The position numbers were made by a program, and so were the translations under genes. Shown here piece by piece: positions 8,362 to 19,757 of a stretch of DNA of 24,000 nucleotides; position 1 is the stretch's first letter, and every line of letters starts with the position of its first letter. This DNA comes from Laribacter hongkongensis DSM 14985 (GTDB taxonomy: Bacteria; Pseudomonadota; Gammaproteobacteria; Burkholderiales; Aquaspirillaceae). The stretch spans positions 4,161 to 28,160 of the forward strand of contig NZ_AUHR01000021.1 in assembly GCF_000423285.1 (NCBI RefSeq), given 5' to 3'. A model generated the notes under the pieces. It was not told where the DNA came from, did no database searches, and saw only the letters and a program-made list of their open reading frames with translations.

Positions 8362-8840
8362 GGCGCTGGAGCGTGACTGACATTGTCGACCCGGCCACGC
8401 GCAGCCGGATGATGTCGGGTATTCGCGGCAAGGATACCCGGCCGGAAATGCTGGTCCGCAAAGCCCTGCACGCACGGGGATTCCGGTTCCGGCTGCATGT
8501 GAAGGACCTGCCGGGCAGGCCGGACATCGTGTTGCCGAAGTTCAGGGCCGTGATCTTTGTGCATGGCTGTTTCTGGCACGGGCACGACTGCCGCTACTTC
8601 AAGGTGCCGCAGACCCGGACCGGATTCTGGCTGGACAAGATCGGCAAGAACCAGGAGCGCGACCGGCAACAGCTCGAAAAGCTGGGGCAGCAGGGCTGGC
8701 GGGTACTGGTGGTGTGGGAATGCGCGACCCGGGGACATGGTCATGCCGGTGTTGGAATGACTGTCGACCGGATTGCGGACTGGCTGCGGCAGGGGGCAGG
8801 GCCGGCGCAGATGGATGAAGCCGGTATTGAGCCGCTTTGA
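8358..8840 (+). CDS. vsr: Very short patch repair endonuclease
   Basis: It has the Vsr hallmarks DxxTRSxxM near the N-terminus, [31 protein letters not shown] and [11 protein letters not shown]. The ATG overlaps the dcm stop (ATGA at 8358-8361). An alternative GTG start lies at 8373. Confidence 0.9.
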   Translation: MRRWSVTDIVDPATRSRMMSGIRGKDTRPEMLVRKALHARGFRFRLHVKDLPGRPDIVLPKFRAVIFVHGCFWHGHDCRYFKVPQTRTGFWLDKIGKNQERDRQQLEKLGQQGWRVLVVWECATRGHGHAGVGMTVDRIADWLRQGAGPAQMDEAGIEPL

Positions 8841-8849
8841 TCGCAAAAA

Positions 8850-8880
8850 AACAGCCGCTCGGATGAGCGGCTGTTCTTGT
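8850..8880. terminator. Intrinsic terminator shared by gyrB (strong, minus strand) and vsr (weaker, plus strand)
   Basis: 11-bp stem AACAGCCGCTC / GAGCGGCTGTT with loop GGAT. An A7 run on the plus side gives a U7 tail for the minus-strand gyrB transcript. The plus-strand tail is CTTGT. Confidence 0.75.
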
Positions 8881-8955
8881 CGGAGCTGCACTGGCATGTG
8901 CCGGGGTGTGCTCGGTGGTGCAGAGACCTTCATCCGGCATGCAGGGCCGTAAGCA

Positions 8956-11358
<2,403 letters not shown>

Positions 11359-11443
11359 CTATGTTCGGATCGATCGGAGGCCCGGCAGCAGCAGGCTGCC
11401 GGACGAGGTCGGGACCGTCAGCCGGCCCGGGCCTGAGGCCGCG

Positions 11444-12550
11444 CTAGATTCGCATCGGCATCACGATGTACTTGAAGTTCGGATTGTCGGGGATGGTGAC
11501 CAGCGCACTGCGGTTGGCATCTCCGAACGCCAGCTGCAGCGTGTCGACGTGCAGCGCCGCCAGCACGTCTTGCAGATAGGTGATGTTGAAGCCGATTTCC
11601 AGGCCGGAGCCGCCGTAGGCGATTTCCAGTTCTTCTTCGGCTTCTTCCTGTTCGCTGTTGTTGCACTGGATGCGCAGGCGGCCGGCCTCGATGGCCAGGC
11701 GCACGCCGCGGAACTTTTCATTGGCGAGGATCGCTGCGCGGGCCAGCGCCTGTTGCAGGGCCTGGCGCCCGATCAGGAACAGCTTGTCGTTGTCGAGCGG
11801 GATCACGCGGTTGTAGTCAGGAAACTTGCCGTCCACCACCTTGCTGACGATGACGCTGCCGCCAAAGGCAAAGCGCACCTGGTTGTTCATCAGCGTGATG
11901 TCGATGGTGTCGTCGCTGTCGGCCAGCAGCTTGTAAAGCTCGGTGATGGTCTTGCGCGGCAGGATCACTTCGGCGGCGGGCAGCGGGGTGTCCAGCGTCA
12001 TCTGGGCGAAGGCCAGCCGGTGGCCGTCGGTGGCCACCAGCTTGACCTGGTTGCCGTCGGTGACCAGCAGCAGGCCGTTGAGGTAGTAACGGATGTCCTG
12101 CACTGCCATGGCGTACTGCACCTGCGACAGCAGGGCCTTGAAGTCGCGCTGCGGCAGGGCAAAGCCGGCCTGGGCATCGAGCGACTGCGTCAGCAGCGGG
12201 AAGTCATCGGCTGGCAGGCTTTGCAGGTTGAAGCGGCTCTTGCCGGCCTTGACGGTCAAGCGGCCGTCTTCGTGGTCCAGCGTGACGGTGGTGCGGTCCG
12301 GGATGGCGCGCAGGATGTCGGAAAACTTCTTGGCCGAGGTGGTCAGGCGGAAGTCCGGTCCGGCAATCGGTTCCGGGCTGGCGTGGGTGATCTGGATCTC
12401 GAGGTCGGTGGCGAGGAAGGTCAGCGTATCGCCGGACTTTTCGATCAGCACGTTGGCCAGGATCGGCAGGGTATGGCGGCGCTCGACGATACCGGTGACG
12501 GCCTGGAGCGGTTTGAGCAGGGCGTCGCGGTCGGCTTGCAGGATCTGCAT
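11444..12550 (-). CDS. dnaN: DNA polymerase III subunit beta (sliding clamp)
   Basis: 368 aa, MQILQADRDALLKPLQAVTGIVERRHTLPILANVLIE... ending in MPMRI. It occupies the canonical dnaA-dnaN-gyrB position. Confidence 0.97.
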   Translation of the reverse strand: MQILQADRDALLKPLQAVTGIVERRHTLPILANVLIEKSGDTLTFLATDLEIQITHASPEPIAGPDFRLTTSAKKFSDILRAIPDRTTVTLDHEDGRLTVKAGKSRFNLQSLPADDFPLLTQSLDAQAGFALPQRDFKALLSQVQYAMAVQDIRYYLNGLLLVTDGNQVKLVATDGHRLAFAQMTLDTPLPAAEVILPRKTITELYKLLADSDDTIDITLMNNQVRFAFGGSVIVSKVVDGKFPDYNRVIPLDNDKLFLIGRQALQQALARAAILANEKFRGVRLAIEAGRLRIQCNNSEQEEAEEELEIAYGGSGLEIGFNITYLQDVLAALHVDTLQLAFGDANRSALVTIPDNPNFKYIVMPMRI

Positions 12551-12597
12551 CGTGGGTGACTCCTCGTCAGGGTTCTCGTGAATAACGGTGTGACAAC

Positions 12598-14043
12598 TCA
12601 GTTGCGCAGCATTTGCTGCAATGCGGCGTAGTCGCGCGAAATGTCCGGATCGGACTCGCGCATTTCGGCGATGGTCTTGCAGGCGTGCAGCACCGTGGTG
12701 TGGTCACGCCCGCCGAACGCATCGCCGATGTTGGGCAGCGACATGCTGGTCAGTTCCTTGGCCAGGGCCATGGCAACCTGGCGCGGCCGTGCAATGTCGC
12801 GGCTGCGCTTTTTGCTGTGCATGTCGGACAGCTTGATCTTGTAGTAGTCGGCAACGGTTTTCTGGATGTTGTCGACCGAAATCTGCCGGTTGCCGGCCGC
12901 CAGGATGTCTTTCAGGGCTTCCTTGACCAGGTCGAGCGAGATCGGCTGGTTGGAAAAACGCGAATACGCTACCACGCGTTTCAGCGCGCCTTCGAGTTCG
13001 CGCACGTTGGAGCGCACGTTCTGGGCGATGAAAAAGGCAACGTCGTTGCCGAGCTTGAGGTTGTCGGCCTCGGCTTTCTTCATCAGGATCGCTACGCGCA
13101 TTTCCAGTTCGGGCGGCTGGATTTCCACCGTTAGGCCCCAGCTGAAGCGCGAGATCAGGCGTTCGTCCATGCCTTCGATCTGCTTGGGGTAGCTGTCGCA
13201 GGTCATGATCACCTGCTTGCCGCCTTCCAGCAGCGCATTGAAGGCGTAGAAAAACTCCTCCATGGTGCGGTTCTTGCCGGCGAAAAACTGGATGTCGTCG
13301 ATCAGCAACAGGTCCAGTGAATGATAGTAGCGCTTGAACTCGTCGAACGCCTTGTGCTGGTAGGCGCGCATGATGTCGGCCACGTAGCGTTCGGCATGGA
13401 TGTAGCGGATCTTGGCCTGCGGGTTCTTCTGGTAGACGTGGTTGCCGATGGCCTGGATCAAGTGGGTCTTGCCCAAGCCGACTCCGCCGTAGACAAAGAA
13501 CGGGTTATAGGTCGAATCGCCGGGATTGTCGGCAATCTGCAAGGCGGCGGCGCGGGCCAGCTGGTTGCCCTTGCCGGTGACCAGGCTTTCGAAAGTGAAG
13601 GCCGGGTTGAGGCGGGTGCTCTCGTGGCCGCCGCCGATGGCCGGCTTGGGGGCGGTGAGCTTGACGTTGGGCAGCGGCACGTCGCTGACGATGCTGTCGG
13701 CCAGCGAGCCGGTGGTCGGCGTGGCCGCAACCGGTGCGGGAGCCGGCCTGCCTTGGCTGCGCGGGCTGGCTGCTGCCGGCGCGCTGGCGCCGGCCTGTGC
13801 GCCGCCGATGCGCAGCTCGATGGTGACGGGGCGCCCGAGGATGTCTTCGGCAAAGGTCTCGATGCGCGACAGGAAGCGTTCCTTGACGAAGCCGAGCGAA
13901 AAGCGGTTGGCTGCGTACAGGGCAATGGCGTCCTCGCCGGCCACGCAGACGAGGGGCTTGATCCAGGTGTTGAACTGTTGTGCCGACAGCTCGGCCTCGA
14001 AGCGGGCCAGGCACTGCGGCCAGAAGGCAGAGAGATCGGTCAT
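12598..14043 (-). CDS. dnaA: Chromosomal replication initiator protein DnaA
   Basis: Walker [11 protein letters not shown], Walker [10 protein letters not shown], and the domain IV signature [12 protein letters not shown] prefer the ATG at 14043 ([12 protein letters not shown]...). The track start at 14061 is a TTG six codons upstream. Confidence 0.95.
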   Translation of the reverse strand: MTDLSAFWPQCLARFEAELSAQQFNTWIKPLVCVAGEDAIALYAANRFSLGFVKERFLSRIETFAEDILGRPVTIELRIGGAQAGASAPAAASPRSQGRPAPAPVAATPTTGSLADSIVSDVPLPNVKLTAPKPAIGGGHESTRLNPAFTFESLVTGKGNQLARAAALQIADNPGDSTYNPFFVYGGVGLGKTHLIQAIGNHVYQKNPQAKIRYIHAERYVADIMRAYQHKAFDEFKRYYHSLDLLLIDDIQFFAGKNRTMEEFFYAFNALLEGGKQVIMTCDSYPKQIEGMDERLISRFSWGLTVEIQPPELEMRVAILMKKAEADNLKLGNDVAFFIAQNVRSNVRELEGALKRVVAYSRFSNQPISLDLVKEALKDILAAGNRQISVDNIQKTVADYYKIKLSDMHSKKRSRDIARPRQVAMALAKELTSMSLPNIGDAFGGRDHTTVLHACKTIAEMRESDPDISRDYAALQQMLRN

Positions 14044-14110
14044 GGGCTCAAATGGAATCAAGGCGGCGGATGCGCCGGTCCCGGAGGTTCCGGAATCGGC
14101 AAGGCCGGGT

Positions 14111-14139
14111 ATTCTACCGTGTATCCAGAGACTTATCCA
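14111..14139 (-). promoter_or_regulatory. Candidate dnaA promoter (-35 TGGATA, 17-nt spacer, -10 TAGAAT)
   Basis: Read on the minus strand. The -10 is the reverse complement of 14111-14116 and the -35 is the reverse complement of 14134-14139. The -35 lies inside the consensus DnaA box, which is the classical autoregulatory layout. Confidence 0.45.
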
Positions 14140-14141
14140 CA
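14121..14141 (+). promoter_or_regulatory. Two adjacent DnaA boxes (GTATCCAGA 7/9 match; TTATCCACA 9/9 match)
   Basis: A perfect TTATCCACA lies at 14133-14141, and a 7/9 box in the same orientation lies 3 bp upstream (14121-14129). Both are in the rpmH-dnaA intergenic region. Confidence 0.7.
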
Positions 14142-14160
14142 GCCTGCATGATTTCAGTGG

Positions 14161-14189
14161 TTGACAAAGAGCCGAACAGACGCTGTAAT
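14161..14189 (+). promoter_or_regulatory. Candidate rpmH-rnpA promoter (-35 TTGACA, 17-nt spacer, -10 TGTAAT)
   Basis: Consensus -35 at 14161-14166, exactly 17 nt of spacer, then TGTAAT at 14184-14189. The -10 ends 38 nt upstream of the rpmH ATG. Confidence 0.6.
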
Positions 14190-14227
14190 CTCGCGTTTAT
14201 TTTTCCGTTTCGAAATAGGGAATTAAG

Positions 14228-14362
14228 ATGAAGCGCACTTTTCAACCTTCCGTCGTGAAGCGCAAGCGCACTCACGGTTTCCGTGCCCGCATGAAGACCC
14301 GCGGTGGCCGTGCCGTGATCGCTGCCCGTCGCTCCAAGGGCCGTGCCCGTCTGTCCGCCTAA
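14228..14362 (+). CDS. rpmH: 50S ribosomal protein L34
   Basis: 44 aa, [44 protein letters not shown]. It is below the ORF-track length cutoff and I translated it by hand. Confidence 0.95.
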
Positions 14363-14371
14363 GGCAGGCCA

Positions 14372-14734
14372 GTGGCTTTCTGCTTTCGCCGCGCGCAGCG
14401 AATACTGAAAACGGATGAATTTTCATCCGTTTTTCGTTTGCGCCGCGTTCGCAGCAACGCCTGGTTTCAGGTCTATGTTGCACCCAACCAGCTCGGGCAC
14501 GCCCGGCTGGGGCTGGTGGTCAGCAAAAAGACTGCGAAGCGCGCCAACCGCCGCAACTACATGAAGCGCGTGATCCGAGACACGTTCCGCCAGCATCCTG
14601 ACCGGGTTGCGGGCGTCGACTTTGTCGTGCGGGTGCGTGCTCCGTTTGACCGGGCCGGTCGTCCCGAGGCTGTCGAAGCCTTGCGGGCCCTGTTTGCCAG
14701 GCTGTCGTCATGTCGCGTATCGTCCTCGCGCTGA
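14372..14734 (+). CDS. rnpA: Ribonuclease P protein component
   Basis: 120 aa with a GTG start 9 nt after rpmH. It has the basic RnpA motif ([12 protein letters not shown]...[19 protein letters not shown]). Confidence 0.9.
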   Translation: MAFCFRRAQRILKTDEFSSVFRLRRVRSNAWFQVYVAPNQLGHARLGLVVSKKTAKRANRRNYMKRVIRDTFRQHPDRVAGVDFVVRVRAPFDRAGRPEAVEALRALFARLSSCRVSSSR

Positions 14735-14919
14735 TCCGCTTCTACCAGCTGGCCATCAGTCCGTGGCTGCCGCCGCGCTGCCGCTACCAGCCGACCTGCT
14801 CGCAGTATGCGATCGAGGCCGTGCAGAAGCATGGTGCGCTCAAGGGCGGCTGGCTGGCGCTCAGGCGCATCGGCCGCTGCCACCCCTGGGGCAGCAGTGG
14901 CTACGACCCGGTTCCCTGA
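14710..14919 (+). CDS. yidD: Membrane protein insertion efficiency factor YidD
   Basis: 69 aa with conserved YQxxISPxLPxxCRYxPTCSxYAxEAxxxHG and GRCHPW. It overlaps the rnpA 3' end by 25 nt, as is typical. Confidence 0.9.
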   Translation: MSRIVLALIRFYQLAISPWLPPRCRYQPTCSQYAIEAVQKHGALKGGWLALRRIGRCHPWGSSGYDPVP

Positions 14920-14937
14920 CATTCCACCGGATACGAG

Positions 14938-16590
14938 ATGGATACCAAACGTCTGATCGTTTTCATCGTGCTGTCCTTCGGCCTGCTGTTCGTCTGGCAG
15001 GAATACTTTGCTCCGAAGCCGCAGCCGAAACCCGTGGCCGCTGCCGTCCAGCCGGACGGAACGCCCGCACCTGCCACCGCCCGGCCGGCCGACAGTCCTG
15101 CCACCGGCAAGCTGGCCAGCGCCCAGACCATTACCGTGACCACGGACCTGGTCAAGGCGCAGATCAACACTGCCGGCGGTGACATCCGCAGCCTTGAGCT
15201 TCTGACCCAGGGGGCCATCGACAATCCGGACAAGCCGTTCATGCTGATGACCGAGCAGGGCGGACGCACCTACGTGGCCCAAAGCGGTCTCCTGTCGTCG
15301 GACGCCTCGCTGCCGACGCACAAGACGCTGTATGCCGCCGACAAGACCGCCTACACGCTGTCGCCGGACCAGAACACCCTGACGGTGACGCTGGCCGCCG
15401 CACCGGTCAACGGTGTCGAAGTGAAGAAGATCTTCACGTTCAAGCGCGACAGCTACGTGATCGACGTGCGCTACGACATCATCAACCACAGCGACAAGCC
15501 GGTGGATGCCACCGCCTACTACCGCCTGCTGCGTGACGGCAAGGCACCGGAAGGCGAAAGCAGCATGGCGCACACCTTCACCGGTCCGGCCGTGTACACC
15601 GAAACGGGCAAGTTCCAGAAGGTGAGCTTCGAGGACCTGGCCAAGGGCAAGGGCGACTACGTGCGCCAGGCCGACAACGGCTGGGTGGCCATGGTGCAGC
15701 ACTACTTCGTCAGCGCCTGGATCCTCAAGACCAATGACGGCAAGTCGGTATGCAGCAGCGCCGAGGCCTGCCAGTTCGAGCTCAAGCCGGCTGCGGGCGA
15801 CCTCTACTCCGCCGGCGTACTGGTCAAGCTGCCGGTCGTGGCCGCCGGCCAGCAGTACAGCATCGACATGCCGCTGTATGCCGGTCCGGAAGACACCCGC
15901 CGCATGGCCACCGTCGCACCGGGTCTGGTGCTGACCAAGGACTACGGCTGGGTCACCATCATCGCCACGCCGCTGTTCTGGCTGCTCGACAAGCTGTACG
16001 GCCTCGTGCACAACTGGGGCTGGGCAATCGTGCTGCTGACCGTGCTGGTGAAAGCCGCCTTCTATCCCCTGTCGGCGGCCAGCTACCGCTCGATGGCCAA
16101 GATGAAGGCCCTGGCACCGCGCATGCAGCGCCTGAAGGAACAGTACGGCGACGACCGCCAGAAGTTCCAGCAGGCCACGATGGAGATGTACAAGACCGAA
16201 AAGGTCAATCCGCTGGGCGGCTGCCTGCCGATCGTGGTGCAGATTCCGGTGTTCATCGGTCTCTACTGGGCCCTGCTGGCCTCGGTCGAACTGCGGCAGG
16301 CTCCGTGGATCCTGTGGATCCATGACCTGGCCAAGCCGGACCCTTACTACATCCTGCCGGCCCTGATGGCGGCCACCATGTACCTGCAGACCTTCCTCAA
16401 CCCGCCGCCGGCCGACCCGCTGCAGGCGAAGATGATGAAGATCATGCCGCTGGCCTTCTCGGTGATGTTCTTCTTCTTCCCGGCCGGTCTGGTGCTGTAC
16501 TGGCTGGTCAACAACATCCTGTCCATTGCCCAGCAATGGTGGGTGAACAAGCAGATCGAAAAGGACGCCGCCAAGGCGAAGAGCTCCTGA
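14938..16590 (+). CDS. yidC: Membrane protein insertase YidC
   Basis: 550 aa. An N-terminal TM segment, a large periplasmic domain, and the conserved C-terminal 60-kDa insertase core ([40 protein letters not shown]). Confidence 0.97.
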   Translation: MDTKRLIVFIVLSFGLLFVWQEYFAPKPQPKPVAAAVQPDGTPAPATARPADSPATGKLASAQTITVTTDLVKAQINTAGGDIRSLELLTQGAIDNPDKPFMLMTEQGGRTYVAQSGLLSSDASLPTHKTLYAADKTAYTLSPDQNTLTVTLAAAPVNGVEVKKIFTFKRDSYVIDVRYDIINHSDKPVDATAYYRLLRDGKAPEGESSMAHTFTGPAVYTETGKFQKVSFEDLAKGKGDYVRQADNGWVAMVQHYFVSAWILKTNDGKSVCSSAEACQFELKPAAGDLYSAGVLVKLPVVAAGQQYSIDMPLYAGPEDTRRMATVAPGLVLTKDYGWVTIIATPLFWLLDKLYGLVHNWGWAIVLLTVLVKAAFYPLSAASYRSMAKMKALAPRMQRLKEQYGDDRQKFQQATMEMYKTEKVNPLGGCLPIVVQIPVFIGLYWALLASVELRQAPWILWIHDLAKPDPYYILPALMAATMYLQTFLNPPPADPLQAKMMKIMPLAFSVMFFFFPAGLVLYWLVNNILSIAQQWWVNKQIEKDAAKAKSS

Positions 16591-16610
16591 CCGCTGCCGG
16601 TTGACCCCGT

Positions 16611-16640
16611 GCCCGCTCCTGACCGGAGCGGGCATTTTTC
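16611..16640 (+). terminator. Intrinsic terminator after yidC
   Basis: 9-bp stem GCCCGCTCC / GGAGCGGGC with loop TGACC, followed by ATTTTTC. Confidence 0.75.
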
Positions 16641-16693
16641 ATGGTGCCGCGCTAGCATGCGGACACCTTGCGCTCCCTTTTCCGGAATTGCTC

Positions 16694-18046
16694 ATGAACT
16701 ATCTTGCCGACACCATTGCCGCCATCGCCACGGCACCCGGACGTGGAGGCGTCGGGGTGATCCGTCTGTCCGGCCGCAACCTGCTGCCGCTGGCAGGCCA
16801 GCTCAGCGGCGGTCGCCAGCCAAGGCCGCGCTACGCGCTCTATACCGATTTTGTCGCCGCTGACGGTCAGGCCATCGACAGCGGGCTGCTGCTGTACTTT
16901 CCGGCGCCACACTCGTTTACCGGCGAAGATGTGCTGGAACTCCAGGGCCACGGCGGGCCGGTCATCCTGCGCATGCTGCTGGCCCGCTGCCTGGAGCTGG
17001 GGGCGCGGCTGGCCGAGCCGGGCGAATTCACCAAGCGTGCCTTCCTGAACGACAAGATGGACCTGGTCGAGGCCGAAAGCGTGGCTGACCTGATCGATGC
17101 CCAGAGCGAAACTGCGGCCCGCAGCGCACTCAAGTCGCTCAAGGGCGCGTTCTCGGCAGAAATCCACCGCCTCGTCGACACATTGATCGACCTGCGCATG
17201 CTGACCGAGGCAACGCTGGATTTCCCGGAAGAGGACGACGTCGAATGGCTGGAAAAGGCCGATGCGCTGGGCCGGCTGGCTGCCGTCCGCCGGCAGCTGG
17301 CCACCGTGCTGGCCACCGCCCGTCAGGGCGCCATCCTGCGTGAAGGCATGCACGTGGTGCTGGTCGGCCAGCCGAACGTGGGCAAGTCCAGCCTGATGAA
17401 TGCACTGGCCGGCGACGAGATTGCCATCGTGACCGACATTGCCGGCACCACTCGCGATACCGTGCGCGAACAGATCGTGCTCGACGGCGTGCCGCTGCAT
17501 ATCATCGACACGGCCGGCCTGCGCGAAACCACCGATACCGTGGAGCGCATCGGGATCGAGCGGACCTGGCAGGCCGTGGAGCGGGCGGACGTGGTGCTGC
17601 TGCTGGTTGATGGCCGCGATGGCGTCACCGCAGCGGACGCGGCGATCCTGGCGCGGTTGCCCGAGCGGCTGCCACGGGTGTTCGTCCACAACAAGATTGA
17701 CCTGACCGGCGAAACGGCTGGCGTCAGCGAAGAGGACGGACATGTCGTGGTGCGCCTGTCGGCCCGGGGTGGTGCCGGCGTGGACGCCCTGCGGCAGGTC
17801 CTGCTGGAAGCGGTTGGCTGGCAGGGTGAAAGCGAGGGACTGTTTCTGGCGCGGGAGCGCCATCTGGACGCCATCCGTCGGGCCGAAGCCGAGCTGGAGG
17901 CCGCCGGACAGGCCTATGGCCTGGCAGCCGAGCTGTTTGCCGAGCACTTGCGGCAGGCGCAGGCCTGCCTGTCCGAGATCACCGGGGAGTTCAGTGCCGA
18001 CGACCTGCTGGGGGTGATTTTCAGCCGGTTCTGCATCGGCAAGTGA
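16694..18046 (+). CDS. mnmE: tRNA uridine-5-carboxymethylaminomethyl(34) synthesis GTPase MnmE
   Basis: 450 aa from the ATG at 16694 ([27 protein letters not shown]). G-domain motifs [18 protein letters not shown] and NKIDL, and a C-terminal CIGK. The track ORF start at 16601 adds 31 non-homologous codons that span the yidC terminator. Confidence 0.95.
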   Translation: MNYLADTIAAIATAPGRGGVGVIRLSGRNLLPLAGQLSGGRQPRPRYALYTDFVAADGQAIDSGLLLYFPAPHSFTGEDVLELQGHGGPVILRMLLARCLELGARLAEPGEFTKRAFLNDKMDLVEAESVADLIDAQSETAARSALKSLKGAFSAEIHRLVDTLIDLRMLTEATLDFPEEDDVEWLEKADALGRLAAVRRQLATVLATARQGAILREGMHVVLVGQPNVGKSSLMNALAGDEIAIVTDIAGTTRDTVREQIVLDGVPLHIIDTAGLRETTDTVERIGIERTWQAVERADVVLLLVDGRDGVTAADAAILARLPERLPRVFVHNKIDLTGETAGVSEEDGHVVVRLSARGGAGVDALRQVLLEAVGWQGESEGLFLARERHLDAIRRAEAELEAAGQAYGLAAELFAEHLRQAQACLSEITGEFSADDLLGVIFSRFCIGK

Positions 18047-18292
18047 CGGGCGGATTGCCGGGAAACTGTCGTTTTTTCAGCGTAATACAGTTGCCGGACG
18101 GTGCGGCGTCAGGCTGTCGGCCTGTCTGTCCTTGCCTTTTCGACGGGGGGTGTTAGTACTTCTTAAGAGGTCCTGATTCTGTGTGCCGGGCTGTGCGGAG
18201 GACAAACCTTCCTGGGCGTGGCATCGGTCAGTTGGGCTGGCAGGCATGGTGCCGTCGGTATTCAGACCTCGTTTCCTTTAGGAGAACCCGCG

Positions 18293-18535
18293 ATGTTTCT
18301 GAAACCTTCCCTTGGCTTGATGGGTGCGGTGGTGGCACTGGGGCTGAGCGCATGTGCATCGACTACGCCGGAAATCGAACGTGCCCAGGCTACGGCCGAC
18401 AAGGCTCTGGCAACCGCCAACCAGGCGATGCAGCAGGCCAACAATGCCGGTGCCGTGGCATCGCAAGCGTTGCAGCAGTCGAACCAGAATACGGCCGTTC
18501 TCGAGCGCATGATGCAAAAGGGTGTGTCGAAGTAA
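18293..18535 (+). CDS. OprI/Lpp-like alanine-zipper outer-membrane lipoprotein with C-terminal lysine
   Basis: 80 aa from the ATG at 18293 (GGAGA SD 7 nt upstream). The signal peptide has the lipobox LSAC. The mature ~59-aa part is Ala/Gln-rich and coiled-coil-like, ending in ...RMMQKGVSK. As I recall it, P. aeruginosa OprI ends similarly (...RMLEKASRK). Confidence 0.8.
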   Translation: MFLKPSLGLMGAVVALGLSACASTTPEIERAQATADKALATANQAMQQANNAGAVASQALQQSNQNTAVLERMMQKGVSK

Positions 18536-18550
18536 GCCGTACGTTCGCCG

Positions 18551-18596
18551 AAACCATCGGGCCATGCATGTAAAGCATGGCCCGATGGTTTTTGTG
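18551..18596. terminator. Long-stem terminator shared by the convergent lipoprotein and L,D-transpeptidase genes
   Basis: Perfect 17-bp stem AAACCATCGGGCCATGC / GCATGGCCCGATGGTTT with a 7-nt loop and a T5 run on the plus strand. It sits between the stops at 18535 and 18612. Confidence 0.8.
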
Positions 18597-18611
18597 GTGA
18601 CGCCGGATGGT

Positions 18612-19709
18612 TCACGCCGGTGCGTCGTCTCCGGCCGGGGTGTCCGGCTTGCCGACCGGTGTGGCGTTGTTGGCATCGCTGCCGTAGGGCGGGCGGTCGT
18701 AGGGCTGGGCCCGGACGCGGGACAGCTGTTCGCCGGGCATGGGCGTATCCGGGTCAAGGGAAACCGGCAGGCTGCTGTGGCTGTCGAGCACCGACTGGGC
18801 GCGCAGCCAGTCGAGGCGGTCAAGGTCGGCTGCTGCTGTCTTCGGTGCAGGCTTGCCGGCTGGCGGCAGGGCCCGGATGGTGTCCTTGAGCTGGTCGAGC
18901 GAAGGCTCCTGCTGCCGGTATTCGTCCAGTGCCGGATAGGCGGCCATGACCACTTCGCCGTTCAGGCGGCCGACCACCACCGGTTCGTGCACGATGCGGA
19001 CCGGCGTGTTTTTCGGCAGGGTGTCGAACAGCAGTTTGGCATTTTCCGGATAAAGCTGGATGCAGCCGTGACTCTGGCGCATGCCGACGCCCCAGGGCTT
19101 GTTGGTGGCATGGATGAAGATGCTGGGGAAACCCGTGCCGATCGCCAGCATGCCCATCGGATTGTCCGGTCCGGGCGGGACGTAATCCGGAAACGGCAGG
19201 CCGTTTTCCGCCTCTTTTTCGGCCTTGATGCTGCGTGGCACCGACCAGCCCGGATCGCGCAGTTTTGACGTGACCCGTGTCGAGCCCAGCGGGGTGGACC
19301 AGCCTTCCTTGGCCACGCCGACCGGGAAGGTGATGACCTTGCGCGGTTCACCTTCCCGGGCCGGCGGGAAATAGAACAGCCGGCGCTGGGCGACGTTCAC
19401 CACCACGCCCTGCCACGGTCCCTTGGGCAGGATGTACTGGGTCGGGATGATGATGCGCTGGTTCTTGCCCGGCACCCACGGATGCACGCCGGGATTGGCC
19501 AGCTTGATGTCAAGAATGCCTGTGTCGTAATAACGCGCCAGGTCATAAAGGGAATTTTCCGGGGTCGGAATGACCACCGAGGGCGATCCCACCACGGTGT
19601 CGCCGTTGGTGGGCAGGTCGAATTCCAGCGCCTGGGCCGGAGCGGAGTGCAGGGCGATCCCTGCGATTCCGAGAGCGGCCAGACGGTGTAAGGGCATGAT
19701 CCGTCGCAC
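18612..19709 (-). CDS. L,D-transpeptidase (LysM-like + YkuD catalytic domain, ErfK/YbiS/YcfS type) with a Pro-rich C-terminal tail
   Basis: Catalytic motif IHATNKPWGVGMRQSHGCIQL, a LysM-like segment SLYDLARYYDTGILDIKLANPG, and a signal peptide ending in SAPAQA. I prefer the GTG at 19709 (GGAG 8 nt upstream, giving MRRIMPLHRLAALG...). An alternative ATG lies at 19697. The 559-aa track ORF is an upstream read-through across the intergenic region. Confidence 0.85.
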   Translation of the reverse strand: MRRIMPLHRLAALGIAGIALHSAPAQALEFDLPTNGDTVVGSPSVVIPTPENSLYDLARYYDTGILDIKLANPGVHPWVPGKNQRIIIPTQYILPKGPWQGVVVNVAQRRLFYFPPAREGEPRKVITFPVGVAKEGWSTPLGSTRVTSKLRDPGWSVPRSIKAEKEAENGLPFPDYVPPGPDNPMGMLAIGTGFPSIFIHATNKPWGVGMRQSHGCIQLYPENAKLLFDTLPKNTPVRIVHEPVVVGRLNGEVVMAAYPALDEYRQQEPSLDQLKDTIRALPPAGKPAPKTAAADLDRLDWLRAQSVLDSHSSLPVSLDPDTPMPGEQLSRVRAQPYDRPPYGSDANNATPVGKPDTPAGDDAPA

Positions 19710-19720
19710 GGCATGGACTC

Positions 19721-19757
19721 CAGAAAGAAAAACGGCGAAGCATCCGGGCTTCGCCGT
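19721..19757 (-). terminator. Intrinsic-terminator-like hairpin in the ldt leader / ldt-tauE intergenic region
   Basis: On the minus strand: ACGGCGAAGC-ccggat-GCTTCGCCGT (10-bp GC-rich stem) followed by TTTTCTTTCT. It runs directly into the GGAG SD of the transpeptidase gene. It is preceded by a second hairpin, AGCGTGGC-aagcc-GCCACGCT (19759-19779). Confidence 0.6.

Noticed and set aside
7270-8475. 401-aa minus-strand ORF, and the 213-aa ORF at 7886-8527, opposite dcm/vsr
   Set aside because: They are antisense to a methyltransferase that carries all canonical motifs. They have no motifs of their own, and I do not consider either a hidden endonuclease.
11382-11402. Hairpin CCGGCAGC-agcag-GCTGCCGG in the dnaN-gyrB spacer
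   Set aside because: It has no U-tract on the minus strand, so it is not a convincing terminator. It may be an mRNA-stability or processing element, but nothing more can be said from sequence.
14557-16635. 692-aa minus-strand ORF opposite rnpA/yidD/yidC
   Set aside because: This is a shadow ORF antisense to well-supported yidC. Its Arg/Gly/His-rich composition has no domain signature.
18218-18292. Upstream in-frame extension of the lipoprotein ORF (GTG at 18218)
   Set aside because: The extension would bury the signal peptide, and the nearest SD (GGAGGA at 18197-18202) is 15 nt away. The ATG at 18293 has a well-spaced GGAGA and gives a canonical lipoprotein signal.
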